64,000 bases of DNA from Camelus dromedarius (Eukaryota), in NCBI RefSeq assembly GCF_036321535.1, contig NC_087437.1, positions 33,544,001-33,608,000 of the forward strand, read 5' to 3'. Below the pieces are notes generated by a model. It did not search any database. It was given only the letters and a program-made list of their open reading frames with translations, and had not been told where the DNA came from. The position numbers were made by a program, and so were the translations under genes. Below are positions 1-13,600 of this stretch, in pieces; positions within the stretch are counted from its first letter, which is position 1; the number at the start of each line of letters is the position of its first letter.

Positions 1-130
1 TATTCAATGTCTTGTAGTAACCTATAATGAAAAAGAATATGAATATATGTATGTATGTTTGTGACTGAAACATTATCCTGTACACCAGAAATTGAAACAT
101 CGTAAACTGACTATATGGTCAAAAAAAAAA
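1..130 (+). mobile_element. Young artiodactyl-type L1 3' terminus with A tail (runs off the window start)
   Basis: gtgactgaaacattatcctgtacaccagaaattgaaacatcgtaaactgactata followed by an A-run; closely similar to 15760-15845 and 60570-60650. Confidence 0.85.
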
Positions 131-664
131 CCAAAACAGTAAATTTCAACTTTCTTCACTGGTTGAGCTTGCAGATGAGGAATTTAGAAGGAAGGCACTG
201 AGGTGGGCATCACACTTCTGTTTGTTTGCTTAAACATTTTGGAAGGGATGCCGGAGTGGTGACACACAGACTAGACAGAAGAGAGGTTTTAGAGTGAGAT
301 CTGGAAATTTTTGGAGCTGGGATCAAGTCAGGCAGAATGAAAAGGAAGACAATGGTAAGTGCTGAAGGAGGTAGAGATGTTCTTGTGGTGGACCCTGCAG
401 TTAAAGACAGCTGGGGTTCAGTAAAAGAGTGTCTGACTATAGAAAGAATAAGTTAAATAAAAAGCATAATCTGAATTAGATACCAGATAAGACTGGGATG
501 ATGTAAGCCATGAGAGAATTTTTCCCCCGGGTAGTTGTGAGTGAAAGCCAGCATAACCATGCATGTTCCTCCATGTTTCATTGTCTTAATGCATGCCCTT
601 TTTTAAAATTAGGGACAACCTTTCCTGTCTCATCCATTGAACAAATGCTGAGCTGTCTTTTAAA

Positions 665-893
665 AGGCAGTGCAGTAGAGAGGTTTTAAGCACTAACTCA
701 ATCAGCACTGTCACTTTCTATCTGTGTGATCCTAGGCAAGCCAACGTCTGTGCCTCTGTCTCATCTGTAAAATGTGAGTCATGATAGTGCCTACCCTGTG
801 GAGTTCTTGTGAAGCTGAAACGACTTACCTGTTGAGTACTTGGAATGGAACCTGGCTCCTGGAAGCACTACATAAGTGTTCGCTATTATCATT
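665..893 (+). mobile_element. MIR SINE
   Basis: Core tgtgatcctaggcaag...ctcatctgtaaaatg...gatagtgcctacc with a MIR-type tail. Confidence 0.8.
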
Positions 894-1049
894 TAAAACT
901 CAGCTCATGAAATCAGTTCCTCTTAAAAGTACTTCCTGACTCCACTTCCAGGCTGTCATGGGGAATCCTGCCGTAAGACCCTGTGCACAGCCTGTCCTAT
1001 GCTGTAAGTATTTATTTCACTTTCCAACTCAGTTTAAACTCCTTCCACT

Positions 1050-2030
1050 AAAGATTAGGTCTAATACATGTCTACATCCCACTGCCTAGCAGAATTCTGT
1101 ATGATAGTACTTACTCAATAAATATTTATTGAATAGATCAAGGAATGAATGTTGGCAATTCACCTCTCCAAGTCTCAGTCTTTGAAAGGGATTTCTTAGG
1201 GAGTTAGACATTTCTTAGAGATTTCTTAGGGAGTCTTAGTTTCTTAGGGAGAAACTAAGCCAACTTTAGTGGCAGGGGGCCCTGGAAAGAATTTACTCCT
1301 CAATGACTGAAGTCTGGCATCTGCCCTCAACACACCATTAGACCAGAGGAGTAAACCTTGCTGCTGCCACAAACAGCCTCCCATCTGCGAAAACCAGGAG
1401 ACGGTTTTCAATGCTAATCTTCTTGATCATCTTTTGCCTCTTATTGGAAACTCCTAACTTGGCTTCTGTGACTCCATTTCCTCCTCCCGTTTCATTGGCT
1501 AGGGATTTTTGTTCTACTCTGTAGGTTTCTCCTCTTTAACTCGTTCTTTAAATGTTCATGTTCCTCAGAGCCATCCTTGTTCCTTTTTAATTGTCACGTG
1601 ACACACTTTCCCCATCCTTCCTGTTACGACCCGCTGATTCCCAAAGTCTGTCACTATCCTTGACCGTTCCTTGAGTTGCAGAACTGCCTTCTGGACATAC
1701 CCACCTAGACCTTAGACTCAGCATGACCAAAACACAAAACCGGACCTGTCATCACCTTTATCCCCATCCCCATCCCCAACCTGTTTTTTCGCTCACTCTC
1801 TCTCTTTGTCCATTCTCATTAATGACACCTGTTAATGAGTCAAAAACTTGACAATTACTATAGATAGTTCTCCCTCATTCTTTGATTAGATCTGGGAGTA
1901 GCACTAGCTGTTTGGCCTCCTGGAGATCTCTTAGCTGCATCCCATCTTCTCCAGGTCCTCACTGCCACTGACCTAGTTCAACTCTCAACATATCTTGCTT
2001 GAACTATTCCAGGATTTTCCTATTAGGGTC
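1050..2030 (+). mobile_element. L2 LINE fragments
   Basis: L2 3' end (gcctagcagaa...ctcaataaatatttattgaat...gaatgaatg) at ~1080-1152 and pyrimidine-rich L2 body-like sequence at ~1290-2030. Confidence 0.6.
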
Positions 2031-4604
2031 CTCACAGGATTCACTGGTACTGCACTATTTTTAAGTTTAGTTTTTTGGCTTGATGTTTCTAATTAAATGA
2101 GTATTTCAAATTCAGGCCTGTCACCTATCTATTACAGGCTTTGGGTCCCCATCTGTCAGTGGTCTCAATTTCTCCATGTGGCCAGAGGCAGAAGGCTGGC
2201 AGTGATTTCCCTTCACTCATTCTCCCAGCCCTAGAAGAGAGACCCTTTCCACCTTAGCAGCAGGTACAAGGCATTCACAAACACAGAAACCCACCCGTGA
2301 GGGAGGCACTAACCCAGTTTCTCTGTGCGCAGCATGATTTCAACTCTGGCGCATAGCTATTGCTGTTGTTTCCTTCTTTGTTTCTGGCAGCTGGAGCTTT
2401 TCCTTTCTTAGTTTTGAGCTTGACTATGAATCTACTATTTTCTTAAAAAGAAGTTTATCCAGCAAGTCCCTGTGTATGGAGCCAGAGTGGATATTTCTAC
2501 TACATCTTCACCTGTCACACTGAAGGGAAGTCAGCTGTTAAAAGATCATTTCAAAAGGATATAAAGTAACTCTTAGACCAATCTACAAGTGAACACATGT
2601 TAAAGATTTTATGTAACTCATTAATGAGAAAATCAGCAAAGATGTTTCACCAACTCGAAGAAGCTGAAAACCACACATTACAGATCAGGAATATTGAAAA
2701 CTGAATGTGCAAATGAAGGTAAAACCAACTTCTTCCGTAGTGCAGAGAGAAGTCAGTTAAACCTCTGCTGGACAGGACTGAGCCTGCAGTCTGTGGACAG
2801 GGGTCGTCTGGCACTGTTATCAGTTATCTACAATTTGCAGAGTTGTAAACCAGCTCAAAGGCAATGAACAGCTAGACAAGATGACCCAGAGGGTGTGTGG
2901 ATTTAGATAAGGTGCAGTTTTCCACTGAAGCACAATTTTTCCCTACACGAGGCTGTAATTATTTGTTTTGTGTTTGTTTCAAGTTTCTCTCAGAAATAGG
3001 GGTTGGGTTTAAATTAGCGTTACACATCCAGGGCCTAGAATAATTTACGTTACTTGGAAATGACTCACTAACTACAGATGGAATGAATAAATGTTGTGTT
3101 CCATATAGATTTTCTCCCCTGCCTTAAAGAGGGAGAAATTTTGAGAGACAGAATATTTATGTATGTGTGCATGTATTTATTTATGTGTGTCATATACATG
3201 TGACTCAGAAAAGGAACTGAGAAGCTTCTGTCCTCCACTCTACTCTTTCCATAAGTCCAGGCCTTCGTGGGCACGTTCATTGCATGGGGTCCTGCGTCAT
3301 CAGTGCATCACCTTGTTATAGGTGAACATCGAAGTTGTCCATCAGCTGGGTCTAATTTCCTAAGACATCTCTGCCAAAGCATTTTCCTTTTGATAAGTAA
3401 TGCCAGTTCTCCTCCTAGAATACATGTAACGAAAATTCTTAATTACATTCTTTTCAGATGCTTCTGTATCTGAACTGCTTAATGGCTGCCACCCTTTAGG
3501 TCCGGCCTTATCAGGGGGATCTCAGGGGCCTTGCCAGCAGCACCGTCAGTCAGGTAATTTGCATGAATAGTGCTTTAATAAACATCCAGCCCCCTTATCA
3601 CTGTTCCCTGCAGGACCCTCATTAGTCAGTAACCTAATTCAAGCTTGAAAGATTTCCTTCATGATGCCCTTTGTTTCCTTCCTATTGCCTAATTTTCTGT
3701 TCAGCAGGACATTTTTTCTGCAGCTTGTGACTTGTTTCTTGACAGACAAACATGAATTTTCTTTTCCTTCAAAATAAATGAGCACGTAAATGCACACAGC
3801 CCATGTCCCATGAATGATGTGTTCAGTTAGGCAATACAATAAAGTGTCAGAGGGGCATTATCAAAACAGCCCCTAAAGTTGCCTTTAAAAACAAAATACA
3901 GTGACTTGTGAAAATAAAAATCAGTAACTAGACTGTGCATATACGTGAAGGTAAATAGATAATCAAAACCACAAAATCAATTTAGTCTTTCAAATAATAG
4001 TTCCCATTTTACCAATTTAACAATGTGATTATCTCTCCCTTTTTTCCCAGCAAATTTGGGTTGAAATAATAATCGAAACTGGGATAGATCACTGAACAGA
4101 AATCTCTAGGAGTAATTCAAAACTCTTAAACTCTTACAGAGAGTGTGCATGATCAGGCCACTCAGAAGGCTGTCCTCTTGCTCTCTGTATGTTCCCTGCT
4201 CGACCAGTGCCTACTTCACCCACACCCTGCTCACATGGCTGACCTTCCTACATGCTTGCCCCCCGGCCCCAGCTCAGTGGTCAGAACGTCTCCACCTCGA
4301 TAGCTTATCCCAGGGGCGGTGAGGTTTCCCTGGTAACTGATGAACCAACCTGACACCAATTCCCCCTGTAACTGGTAGCCTCCTCCCTGCCCCTGGGAGT
4401 GGAGACGGCTGCCTTGCCCTGCCCGCCATCTGCCACACCAGGTGAGATGTGGCTCCCGGACCTTGCTTCTGACATGTAAAATCCTGCATCCAGTAAACCA
4501 CTGATGTCTCTGTTGCTGACTCTGGGCTCTTTCTATGGTCTTCAGGCTGGGCAAGCACAGGGCTTGCAGGTCTGCGGGGTGCAGCCCAACATAGTGCTAA
4601 GCCA

Positions 4605-4782
4605 ATAATTTTCATCCCCGGCTGCATATTACCATCACTTAGGAATGTTTCAAAACATGCCGATGAACTGGTCCCATCCATAGGTGTTCTGTTTTAATGG
4701 GTTTTAAATGAGGCCTGCGAATAGGTAATTTTCAGAAGCTCCCTAGGTAATTCTAATGTGCAACCAGGGTTGAAAATCTCTA
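4605..4782. mobile_element. MER5A-like hAT-Charlie MITE
   Basis: ggctgcatattaccatcactt...gctccctaggtaattctaatgtgcaaccagggttgaaaa. Confidence 0.75.
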
Positions 4783-5529
4783 GAAATTTTGCTCAGTAGA
4801 ACTTTTATAAATAACATTAAATTGTGCTTTTCTTATTGTGAGATGACCGAGTTGTCATCTAGATTTCAAGGTGGTCCTTCAAGACATTTTTCTTTAGAAA
4901 AATAAAATGATATCTTTTGTGTTTGCTGAGCAGTTACGACATGCTTGGCTGGATTTAATCATGGTCGCCTAAAAGTTTGTAAGATGTATAATTTCTGTCA
5001 TGTAAGAATCAGCAGCATGGATTCCTACTCAATCTCTATTACTTAGGAACAATGATCTTCAATTTGCATATTGTATTAAAAGCAAGATTCAACTTGCAGG
5101 GTTCCAGTGAATCATGAGTTACTTCTAAGCCAGGATACTCTCCTGTACACGTCCAGTCCATCCTGCAGCAAACATCCTTTGACTTAATTCCCACTGCGCA
5201 GAACACTCTTGTCTTTTTCTCTTTTTTGCCTGCTCCGCATCACAGCTTTCTCCCCTCAATTCCTCCGTTTACCTGGCCAACTCCTTTTTGCTTTCCGGGT
5301 CTCAGCTGAGGGATTACCTTCCTTAAATAGCCTGAACGTGACTGCCTTTCCACCCCAGGTTCTGCACCCCACTGTGTGCTCCCAGAGCCTGTCCCTTGAA
5401 GCATTCACCCTGTGTCCCACTGGCCTCTTTTCTGACATGGATCCCCTGCTAGAAAACTCCTTGCTGACAAAGGCTGTGTTCTCTTCACTATCGCCACTTT
5501 GGTAGCAGTTGCTGTTCTTAATATTTTGT

Positions 5530-5715
5530 ATAATCTATCCCGGTAAGTCTCTGAAACAATCCTATCAGGTAGTTATTGTTATTATTCCCACTTTAAACAT
5601 GATGAAATGAAGCAAAAAAAGGTTAACTCGAATATTCAAATTCACACAGCTACTAAGAGGTGTTGCGGGGACTTGAACCCAGGCAGTCTGGCTCTGGAGT
5701 CTGAGTTCTTAATGA
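5530..5715 (-). mobile_element. MIR SINE
   Basis: attattcccactttaaacatgatgaaa...cacacagcta...ttgaacccaggcagtctggctc. Confidence 0.8.
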
Positions 5716-5857
5716 ATATGCTGAGCAAACAAGTATAGCAGAATGAGTACAGAGTCATAGGGGCCTAGGGTCGGGTCAGTATGGCTCCCACTTCGGTGCG
5801 CTCTAAGTGATGATGCTGAATTATTGAGACAGTAGTCATCACATTTTCCCCAAAGAG

Positions 5858-5860
<3 letters not shown>

Positions 5861-5910
<50 letters not shown>
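5861..5910. repeat. Compound microsatellite (TG)16(AG)9
   Basis: Read directly from the sequence. Confidence 0.97.
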
Positions 5911-5911
<1 letters not shown>

Positions 5912-6296
5912 AGGTGAGAGGGAAAGATTCATATTATCAGAAGTTTAAACACACAACAAAGGTGCAAGATTATGATAAGTCAATCAATGTCATGTTTGGG
6001 ATGGGCCCAGGAGTCAAGTCAGACAGGTAAATATGCAATATGATGTCATAGGATTGTGTAGTGTTTTTGAACCATCTTCTCTTTATCTTTTGCATAAAAA
6101 GAGGGGGCAAGCAGTAGTGTCCTATCTACCTGTGGCTTAACTGGACCATTTGAAACACCCTAGGTGACCTCATATGGAGAAAAGGATTTGAGAGTTCAGA
6201 AGTCTCAGAATTGTTTATCTTGTCAGTGGGGTAAATAAAAAGCAGGCAGAATTCTCTGTTTCAAACCCTATTTGGGGGCTGTATGGATTGAACCTT

Positions 6297-6762
6297 TTTA
6301 TTAGTTTACTATTGCTGCTGTAATAAATAATTATAAATGTAGTGGCTTAAAACAACACAAGTTTATTATCTTATAGACCTGATGGTCAGAAGTCTGAAAT
6401 AAGTGGGTCTCACTGGGCTAAAATCAACTGTATGGAAGTTTGCATTCCTTCTGGAGACTCCAGAGGAGAATATGTTCCCACCTTCTAGAGACCGCCTGCA
6501 TTCCTTGGCTTCTGGCCATGTCCTCCATCTTCAATGCCAGCAACATAGCATCATCAAATCTCTCTCTCTTACTCTGACTCTCCACCTCCCTCTTGTAAGG
6601 ACCTGTGGGATTACATTAGCCCAGCTGGATAACCTAAAATAATCTCCCTATCTCAAGATCCTTACCTTAATCAAATCTGTAATGTCCCTTTTGCCATGTA
6701 AAGGAACACATTCACAGGTTCCAGGGACATCTTTTGGGGTGGGAGCATTATTCTGTCTGTTA
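6297..6762 (-). mobile_element. MaLR solo LTR (MLT1C/D-like)
   Basis: tattagtttactattgctgctgtaa...agtggcttaaaacaacacaagtttattatctta...tcccttttgccatgtaa...ggacatcttttgggg. Confidence 0.85.
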
Positions 6763-7802
6763 AAACCATTAATAATCTCTAAGAAAAACGTATGTAGCCG
6801 AAGGATGTTGTTGTATCTGGTTGAGGGATAGTGTAGAAAATAAAACCAAAGGCTCAGATTTTTTTTTTTCAAACATAGAATTCAAAAAGAAACTGCTTTT
6901 TATAAGAATTGTGTTGCAGGAAGGATGGATGTAGGTCTTCCTCAGTCAGAAGCTTGGGACTACTCCATCTCAATTCCATACACATCGAAATTACTTGCCT
7001 TCTCTCCATGAGAATAGCCTAGGATGCCCCCTCCCTCCCCGCTCTGAGCAGTGACGTGTGGTCAGAAGGGAGCACAACCTCTTGACGTTCAGGAGAGACA
7101 AGACCATTTGATGCTCAGCAGAGGAGGTGAAGGGAAATTTTGCTGTCATCAATTAGCAAACTTCAAAAAGTTTATTTGAAAAAAAGAGACAATTCCAAAT
7201 CTTTCAAGAGGATCACAGTGTCTTTCCAATAAAACATTAAAGAACTCTCCTTTGGTAGAGATTTTAACATTTTTCTTCTAACTGTGTTGGCTTGTATCCC
7301 TGTTGTAATGATGTGGAGGAACTGGTTTCATTAGGAGATACATGTAAGGTGGCTCATATGTCTGTATTTGAGAAGTGACTTCTGGCTGGAGCTAAAAAGG
7401 CTTCTCCATAACTCCCACTTCATGTCCAAGTCTGCAATATTCTCCTGTTGTCAGTCCCACTGGATGAGGCCGTGGGTGAGTGAAGCAGAAAGCCTCGTTA
7501 AATGGGATGCTTTTCTCTGCACTCAGCAGTGTCTCTGGAGACGTTTGACAGGTTTCTCTTTGCCCTTTGTGTTTTTGAAACTTTTCTCTAGTGAGGCATG
7601 AACAAAATCTAATGGACAAGCAGTGAGTCTACAGAGGGTCTGTTTCCATTCATTCTGTATCTCAGATTTTCATGACACGTGCTCCCCGATGTTTTCTTTT
7701 TCACTCTCACATTGTCAGATTTTAAAAGGCAGCCTCTGCAGCAGGTTAAAAATGGGAGTAAGGTTATGGGATCAAAGCCCATGCACGGTTCTCTGTACTC
7801 TC

Positions 7803-8180
7803 TGTATTGGACTGAATTTTGCACCTCCTCCCAGCCAAAAAAAAAAAAAATTCCTTATTGAAGCCCTGGCCCCTAATATGACTATATTTGGAGATAAGAC
7901 TTTTAAAGAGGTGATTACGGTTAAATGAGGTCATAAGGTGGGGGCCCTAATCCAGTAGGACTGGTGTCCTTATAAAGAGTGGAAGAGACACCAGGGAAGT
8001 GTGCTCACAGAGAAGAGGACATGTGAGAACACAGCAAGAGGAGAAGCCTCAGGAGAAACCAACCTGCCAGGACCTTGATCTTGAACTTCCAGCCTCCAGA
8101 ATTGTGGGAAAGTAAGTTTTTGTCGGTTACATCCCCCAGTCTGTGGTATTTGGCTATGGCAGCCCTAGCAAACAAATACA
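7803..8180 (+). mobile_element. MaLR solo LTR (MLT1A/B-like), complete with 5-bp TSD
   Basis: TG...CA termini; typical gccctaatccagtaggactggtgtccttataa and cagccctagcaaacaaataca; CTCTC at both 7798-7802 and 8181-8185. Confidence 0.92.
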
Positions 8181-8521
8181 CTCTCCTCTTTCCTGTCATG
8201 GGGGCTAGAGACACTTCAGATGGCGACTGCTCCACTGGCCTGGGCCCCCACTTCAGCACAGCAAGGACACAGCAGCCCAGCAGTGGATCCACTGTGAACA
8301 TGGAACGTAGGCGAAAATGTTACCTTTGCAGTCGCAGAACACTGAGACTTGGGGGCTGTGTATCCTGGCTGCCGACGATGGTGGTTGTTGTTACTTTCAC
8401 CTTCAATATTGGAAAATGAAGCTGATGGTTCAGGTGACTTGCCCAAGTTCTTCTGTCTCCTGAGCTAAGTTTCTGTTGCTGGACAAGGCTCCTACACCAG
8501 CTGTCATTTACATGTTTGGCT

Positions 8522-9079
8522 TGTAAGAGAAGGGAAAAAGTCTTTCCCCTCTACTCATCTTAGGTTCTCAGGCTTGGGCTCTGTGTGTTAGACTGACAAA
8601 AAGACAGATTAACGAGAGAAGAACAGACAGACATTGATTAATGCATGCACTGAACGCACAATGGGAGCAATCAGTGATGAGAAACTCAAACGGGTGGTTA
8701 GAACTTGGGCTTCATACATAGCATCTGAACAAAACAACAATATATTTTTAGAGAAGTGATAAGATGAAGGAAAAGAACTCTGAGTTTCTAGGGCAGCAAA
8801 CTGAAAGCAGTAAACAGAACTAATGGACAGGACATGTTATATAGATTTTTCTGGTGGTCTCTGGGCTGACAAGGGTCTAGAATTATCTCTGGGAATTAAA
8901 TTCTGTCCTTCCTGGTAGAGAGGAGAGGAGAGGTAGCGTTACAAATTGATGTCTTGCTTTTAGGCGAATAGGGGAAGGTCAGAGCTTTTCTTGTATCTGC
9001 TTCATCTCGACTGCTTTCAGCTCAAAAATCAAAATGCCAAAGTGGCATATTTTTGGGTAGCATATTCTGCTACCCTTTA
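8522..9079 (-). mobile_element. ERV1-class solo LTR (MER34-like)
   Basis: Ends cagctcaaaaatcaaaatgccaaagtggcatatttttgggtagcatattctg, the reverse complement of the recalled MER34-type 5' end. Flanks ggct/ggat look like a decayed 4-bp TSD. Confidence 0.7.
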
Positions 9080-9284
9080 GGATCTCAGAATTTGGAAACC
9101 TAATGATTCAAAGGAAAAAAAAATCTGTTATGGGGAGAATAACAGCTAGCATTTGAAAGGTAATTTGGAATAAGACAACAGAGAGCAGGTAAATTAGAAA
9201 TTCTGTTAGAAACAGCAACAACAACACCTGGTTTTTATTTTTGTTTTTTTCAAGTTTCAAACAGAAGGTAATATTATTTATGAT

Positions 9285-9450
9285 CCTGGAGCTAAAATAG
9301 GCCTGAATTCAAATGCCAACTCTTCTGTGTGACCCCAGACAAGTGCTTAACCTCTAAAAGTATTAGTTTCTTCCTCTTTAAAATTATGATGATTAAAATA
9401 GTCTCATCAGCTTGTAGGGGAGAGTTTAATTGTATCATAAATGCAAGGTT
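9285..9450 (+). mobile_element. MIR SINE
   Basis: cctgaattcaaatgccaactc...tgtgacccca...cttaacctct...agtttcttcctctttaaaat. Confidence 0.7.
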
Positions 9451-9939
9451 CCTGAGGTGGGGGAGATGTCCCATAGTTCCCAGACCCCTTTCCCCAACAC
9501 CACAGGTGCTTAACGAGAGACCTTCAAGGGTTAAGTAATGCTTTTCTGAAAAGTTGTTTTTAAAATGGTCTCTGCAGCAGCCCTAGAATTCTGAAGGAGA
9601 GGGCCTGAAGGTGATCGTCCCTGCAGGGAATGAAGCCATTATAAATTATGACAGTTTCCTCTAAGTAGAGGCAAAACACCAGGGCTTTAAAAGACCCATA
9701 ATGTCCTGTTCTACATCTCAAAGACTTCATGGAGACATGGATGTAGAATGCCTGGCAGCTTTCTGCTTGGTCCAAATGCTTCCAAGTGTTAAAAGCCCTT
9801 GCTGTCTCAATCTCTTAAGCCAGACCAAAGTAGCACATAAAAGAAGTTTTAACTCTATCCACTCTTCCAATCTGGGGGGGCATATGCTAGAGCCAGCCTC
9901 TCTGCCAGGGAGGTGACAGAACCCAAGAAAGCAGTAAAA

Positions 9940-10013
9940 ATAAAAGAAAGAATTTTAAAATTGAACACCAAACAAGACACACAAGTGAATAAGCACACAG
10001 ATAGTGCCTTGGG

Positions 10014-10045
<32 letters not shown>

Positions 10046-13000
10046 CTTAAAATCAAAAAGAAATGAAGGAAAAGAGAAAAAGGTTTGAGAGAATATGATG
10101 AACACTGAAGACATGCAAGGAAGATCCAACATACTCAATCCCTAAAGAAGAAACTCAAAGCTAGGCAGCCAAATAATAAAATTATAATTCATCAGGAAAA
10201 CTCTCCTGAAATAAAGAAATTTTTATTTGGAAGTGCTTTGAAACTACGCTTTGAAGGAGGACCCTGTGTAACAAATACCAAGTAACAAATACCCAGACAT
10301 ATTCTAGCAAACTTTTTCAACTAAAAGGAAAAAGAAAAACAGCCATTGGATATCTAGGCAAGAAGAACATGAGACTTATAAGGGAAAAAAGATCATCATC
10401 AGATTTTTTACTAGTCCAAAGAAAATAGGTAACATATTTAAGATACTCAAGGAAGGAAATGTGTTCCAAAGATTTTATATACTTGGAAGCAAAACTTCCA
10501 AGTATAAAGAGCACTGTAGGGGAGGAAGGAGTCCCCTCTGCCCTCCAAGGCTTGATAACTGGGGCTATGAAATAAGCTGACAATAAGCAGATTAACAGGA
10601 GACAACTAATACAATAAATAAAAATCTATTAAATTTTAATCTTACATGCACAGGGGCAGCACAGGGGAAAAAAAGTGAGTCCTCATAAAGACAGTGAGTT
10701 TTGAGAGTTTATATACCCTCTTAATAAGGGAAGGGGAGGGGAGCTTTAGGCGACTTAGGAGGGCAGATGATTTTTAGGGAAGATGAATGGGCTCTTAGAA
10801 GAATAAGTGCAAGATAGGATAATGCGTGACAAAGTTTGGGTGTGCTGTGGACATCAAGTCTTCTCTCCAATAATGAGAGTCAATCTTCTCAGGTTGTTGA
10901 AGCTCCCAGAGAAGGGATTTATAATAGTTCGGTTCCTTTTGGAGAATCTGTCTTCAAGCAGACAAGGGGACTTCAGAGAAAGCCTCTCCCTACATTTGCT
11001 GTTTTTCAAGTGCTTTCAATTCAAAATAATCAGTATAACATAGCAGCATGTTTTGGGGTGGCATGTTCAGCTGATGGGCTGAACTCCTTCAATACGGACT
11101 CCTACGGAACTAGGGAACTTTGTTTCTACGAGGAATTTACTAGAGAAAAAGCTTCAGACAACCAAAATGACTAGAGAGACATGAGCTGACGGAATGGTGG
11201 GATGTGTTAAATACAAACTTACTGAAAAATTAAGATTAAAATAAGGATCAGAAAGAGAGACAATCGGAAAGAGCCATATGCAACAATGTAGACACAATAA
11301 AAAATTAAAAGAAGGGAGGGATAGAAAATTTAAAAATGTAAAAATCTTTATTGTTTTTAGTAATCCTAGTGGGTGGTAGCAGTCTTAGCGATGTTACAAG
11401 TGTCAGTTCTATGTGTATAGTGTAATTATGGAATGAGTAATTACGCAGTATTCTAATTCTATTACCTCCTATGTCCTTGAGAACCAGGACTTCTGTGTGG
11501 GAAATGGAAATAGAGACATTTATGAAAGAGGTTAAGTTAAAACTCTGCAGTCCTGAAATTGAATTGGAAATCTCAATGTGAGCCCATGAGGTATTTTATT
11601 ATATATCCTAGCTCTGTCTGCTGAAAAGTCCTTGAAATAATGACCAGTGCAGTGATAATGAGCATTCCTACTGCCCAGATTATGATATTAAAATACCATT
11701 TCCCACTAAAAGCAATCAGGGCTTCTTGAATAAATAGCTGATTCCTGGTCTGTGGCAGGAAATGTATAAGCCTGGATTATTTTGTCAGAGCAAGTAGCCA
11801 GGAAGCTATCAGAGGACTATCAGGACTCAGGAGTCAATTGGAAGGAGTTCCCACTGCTCCAAAATGGAACAATTTGAGTTTTAATAATAAGAAAAAACAA
11901 TAATAATTAAAATACCTAATATTTAATAATAAGGAAAAAACCCCATCAAACTTGTTTACGTTCATGAATTCCTACCTTGCCACATTGCAGGATGACAGAG
12001 AACCACTTCATCTTGAAAACTAAAAGAAAATAATCAGGATTTATCCTGCTTCTTCTATATCAATTTACCAGTGGGTAAGCAAATAGTAAATAAAGAAAGG
12101 TCTCTTTATAGAATTATTTTATATAATAACTACAATAAAATCATGTAATTAGCACACAATCATTTTGCAACCCACCACTCTCACTTAACAGATGTAGGCT
12201 AAGCTGTGAGCTTCAGTGGTTGCTATCATCAGAGATGTAGAGACCATCAGACCGTTATGAGCCTCCTGATGAAGGAACACTCCACTATCTAAATCTTTGC
12301 CAAAGGGATCGAACTAAAACCTGATCAAGCCTCTAGGTACAGCTGCATGCATGAACTTCACCATGAACATATAAATCAGTAAAATCCAGACTAGCAAACT
12401 CTGTAGTTCAACTTGCCTGGGTTTTTCAACAAACATATTTTTAGGAACAGAAAGAGATGGAGCAGGAATCTGTAAATGAAAAGAAATTCAAGTACACATC
12501 ACATTTTTTTTAAATGGGAAAAACAAAATGTTGGCAACAGTGCAGAGAAACAGGCTAACTCATGTACCACAGTGCAACTGTAGAACACAGTCACTCTGGA
12601 CAGTAGTTCAACAATCTTTTCTAAAATTAAAAATGCACTAACCATATGACCCAGAAATCGCATTCTTTGGCATTTATCCCAGAGAAATAAAAAGTTGTGT
12701 TTACACAAACATCTATACATGAATGTTCATAGCAGCTTTATTCATAATAGCCAGAAATTGGAAACAGCCTAAATGTTCTTCAATGGGTGACTGGTTACAA
12801 ACTGTAATACATCTGTACCATGGCATACTACTCAACAATAAAAAGTCTGTGTATTAATACATACAACAGTGTAAATAGACCTCAAGGAAATTATGTTGTG
12901 TGATAAAGTCTCTCCAAAGGTTACATGATTTATAGATCCACTCTGGAATATTCTTGGAATAAATTATGGAAATATAAAACAGATTAATAGTTGCCAGGGG

Positions 13001-13600
13001 TAAGATTTGAGAGGGGCGGAGATGGTTGTGGCTATAAGGGGGTTAGTATAAGGGAAACTTGTGGTGATCTAAGAGTTCTCTGTCTTGATTGTGGTGGTGG
13101 TTACCCAAAGCTACATACATGATAAAAATTGCATAGCACTATAAACACATACACACACAAATGAGTGAGTATATAATTGATGAAATTCGAATAAGCTCTG
13201 TAAATTGTATCAATATTAATTTCTTGGTGCTTATAGTACAACTGCTATACAGGATGTTAACATTGGAGGAAAAGAGTGAATGGTGCTTGGAACCACCCTG
13301 TACATTTTTTTGCAACTTCCTGTGAATCTATAATTATCCCTCAAAAATTTTTTTAAATGGGCAAGGTTAGACAATAGTAGTTAAGAATGCACAACTGGGT
13401 GAGAAAACTAGCAAAATGTAAGAAAGTGGTTACTATATAAGTTGTGGTAAAGGTAGTTCTGGAGGGACTGCGGGAGGGAGTTGTAATCAAGATGGGTGTG
13501 TGAAGGGGCTTTGACACGTTTGGTGAAGTTGTACGTCTTGACTAAGGAGATGGTGTTAGGAATTTGCATCATAGTAATTCACCAAACTATATTTTTTGTA
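9940..13600 (+). mobile_element. Old L1 (L1M-type) fragments: ORF1-like region, 3' UTR and an ORF2-end/3' UTR piece, interrupted by an LTR
   Basis: A-rich ORF1-like sequence at 9940-10510. ORF2 C-terminal signature accatatgacccagaaatcgcattc...atgttcatagcagctttattcataatagcc at 12640-12760. L1MC/D-type 3' UTR to ~13350. Confidence 0.75.
10515..11091 (-). mobile_element. Second MER34-like ERV1 solo LTR nested in the old L1
   Basis: Starts tgtagggga, shares gacaataagcagattaac with the 8522 element, and ends tcaaaataatc...atgttttggggtggcatgttc...ccttca. Confidence 0.65.

Noticed and set aside
8522..11091. Paired LTRs of one small provirus
   Set aside because: The LTRs differ substantially internally, the intervening DNA is MIR, unique and L1 sequence with no PBS/gag/pol, and the first LTR has its own apparent TSD.
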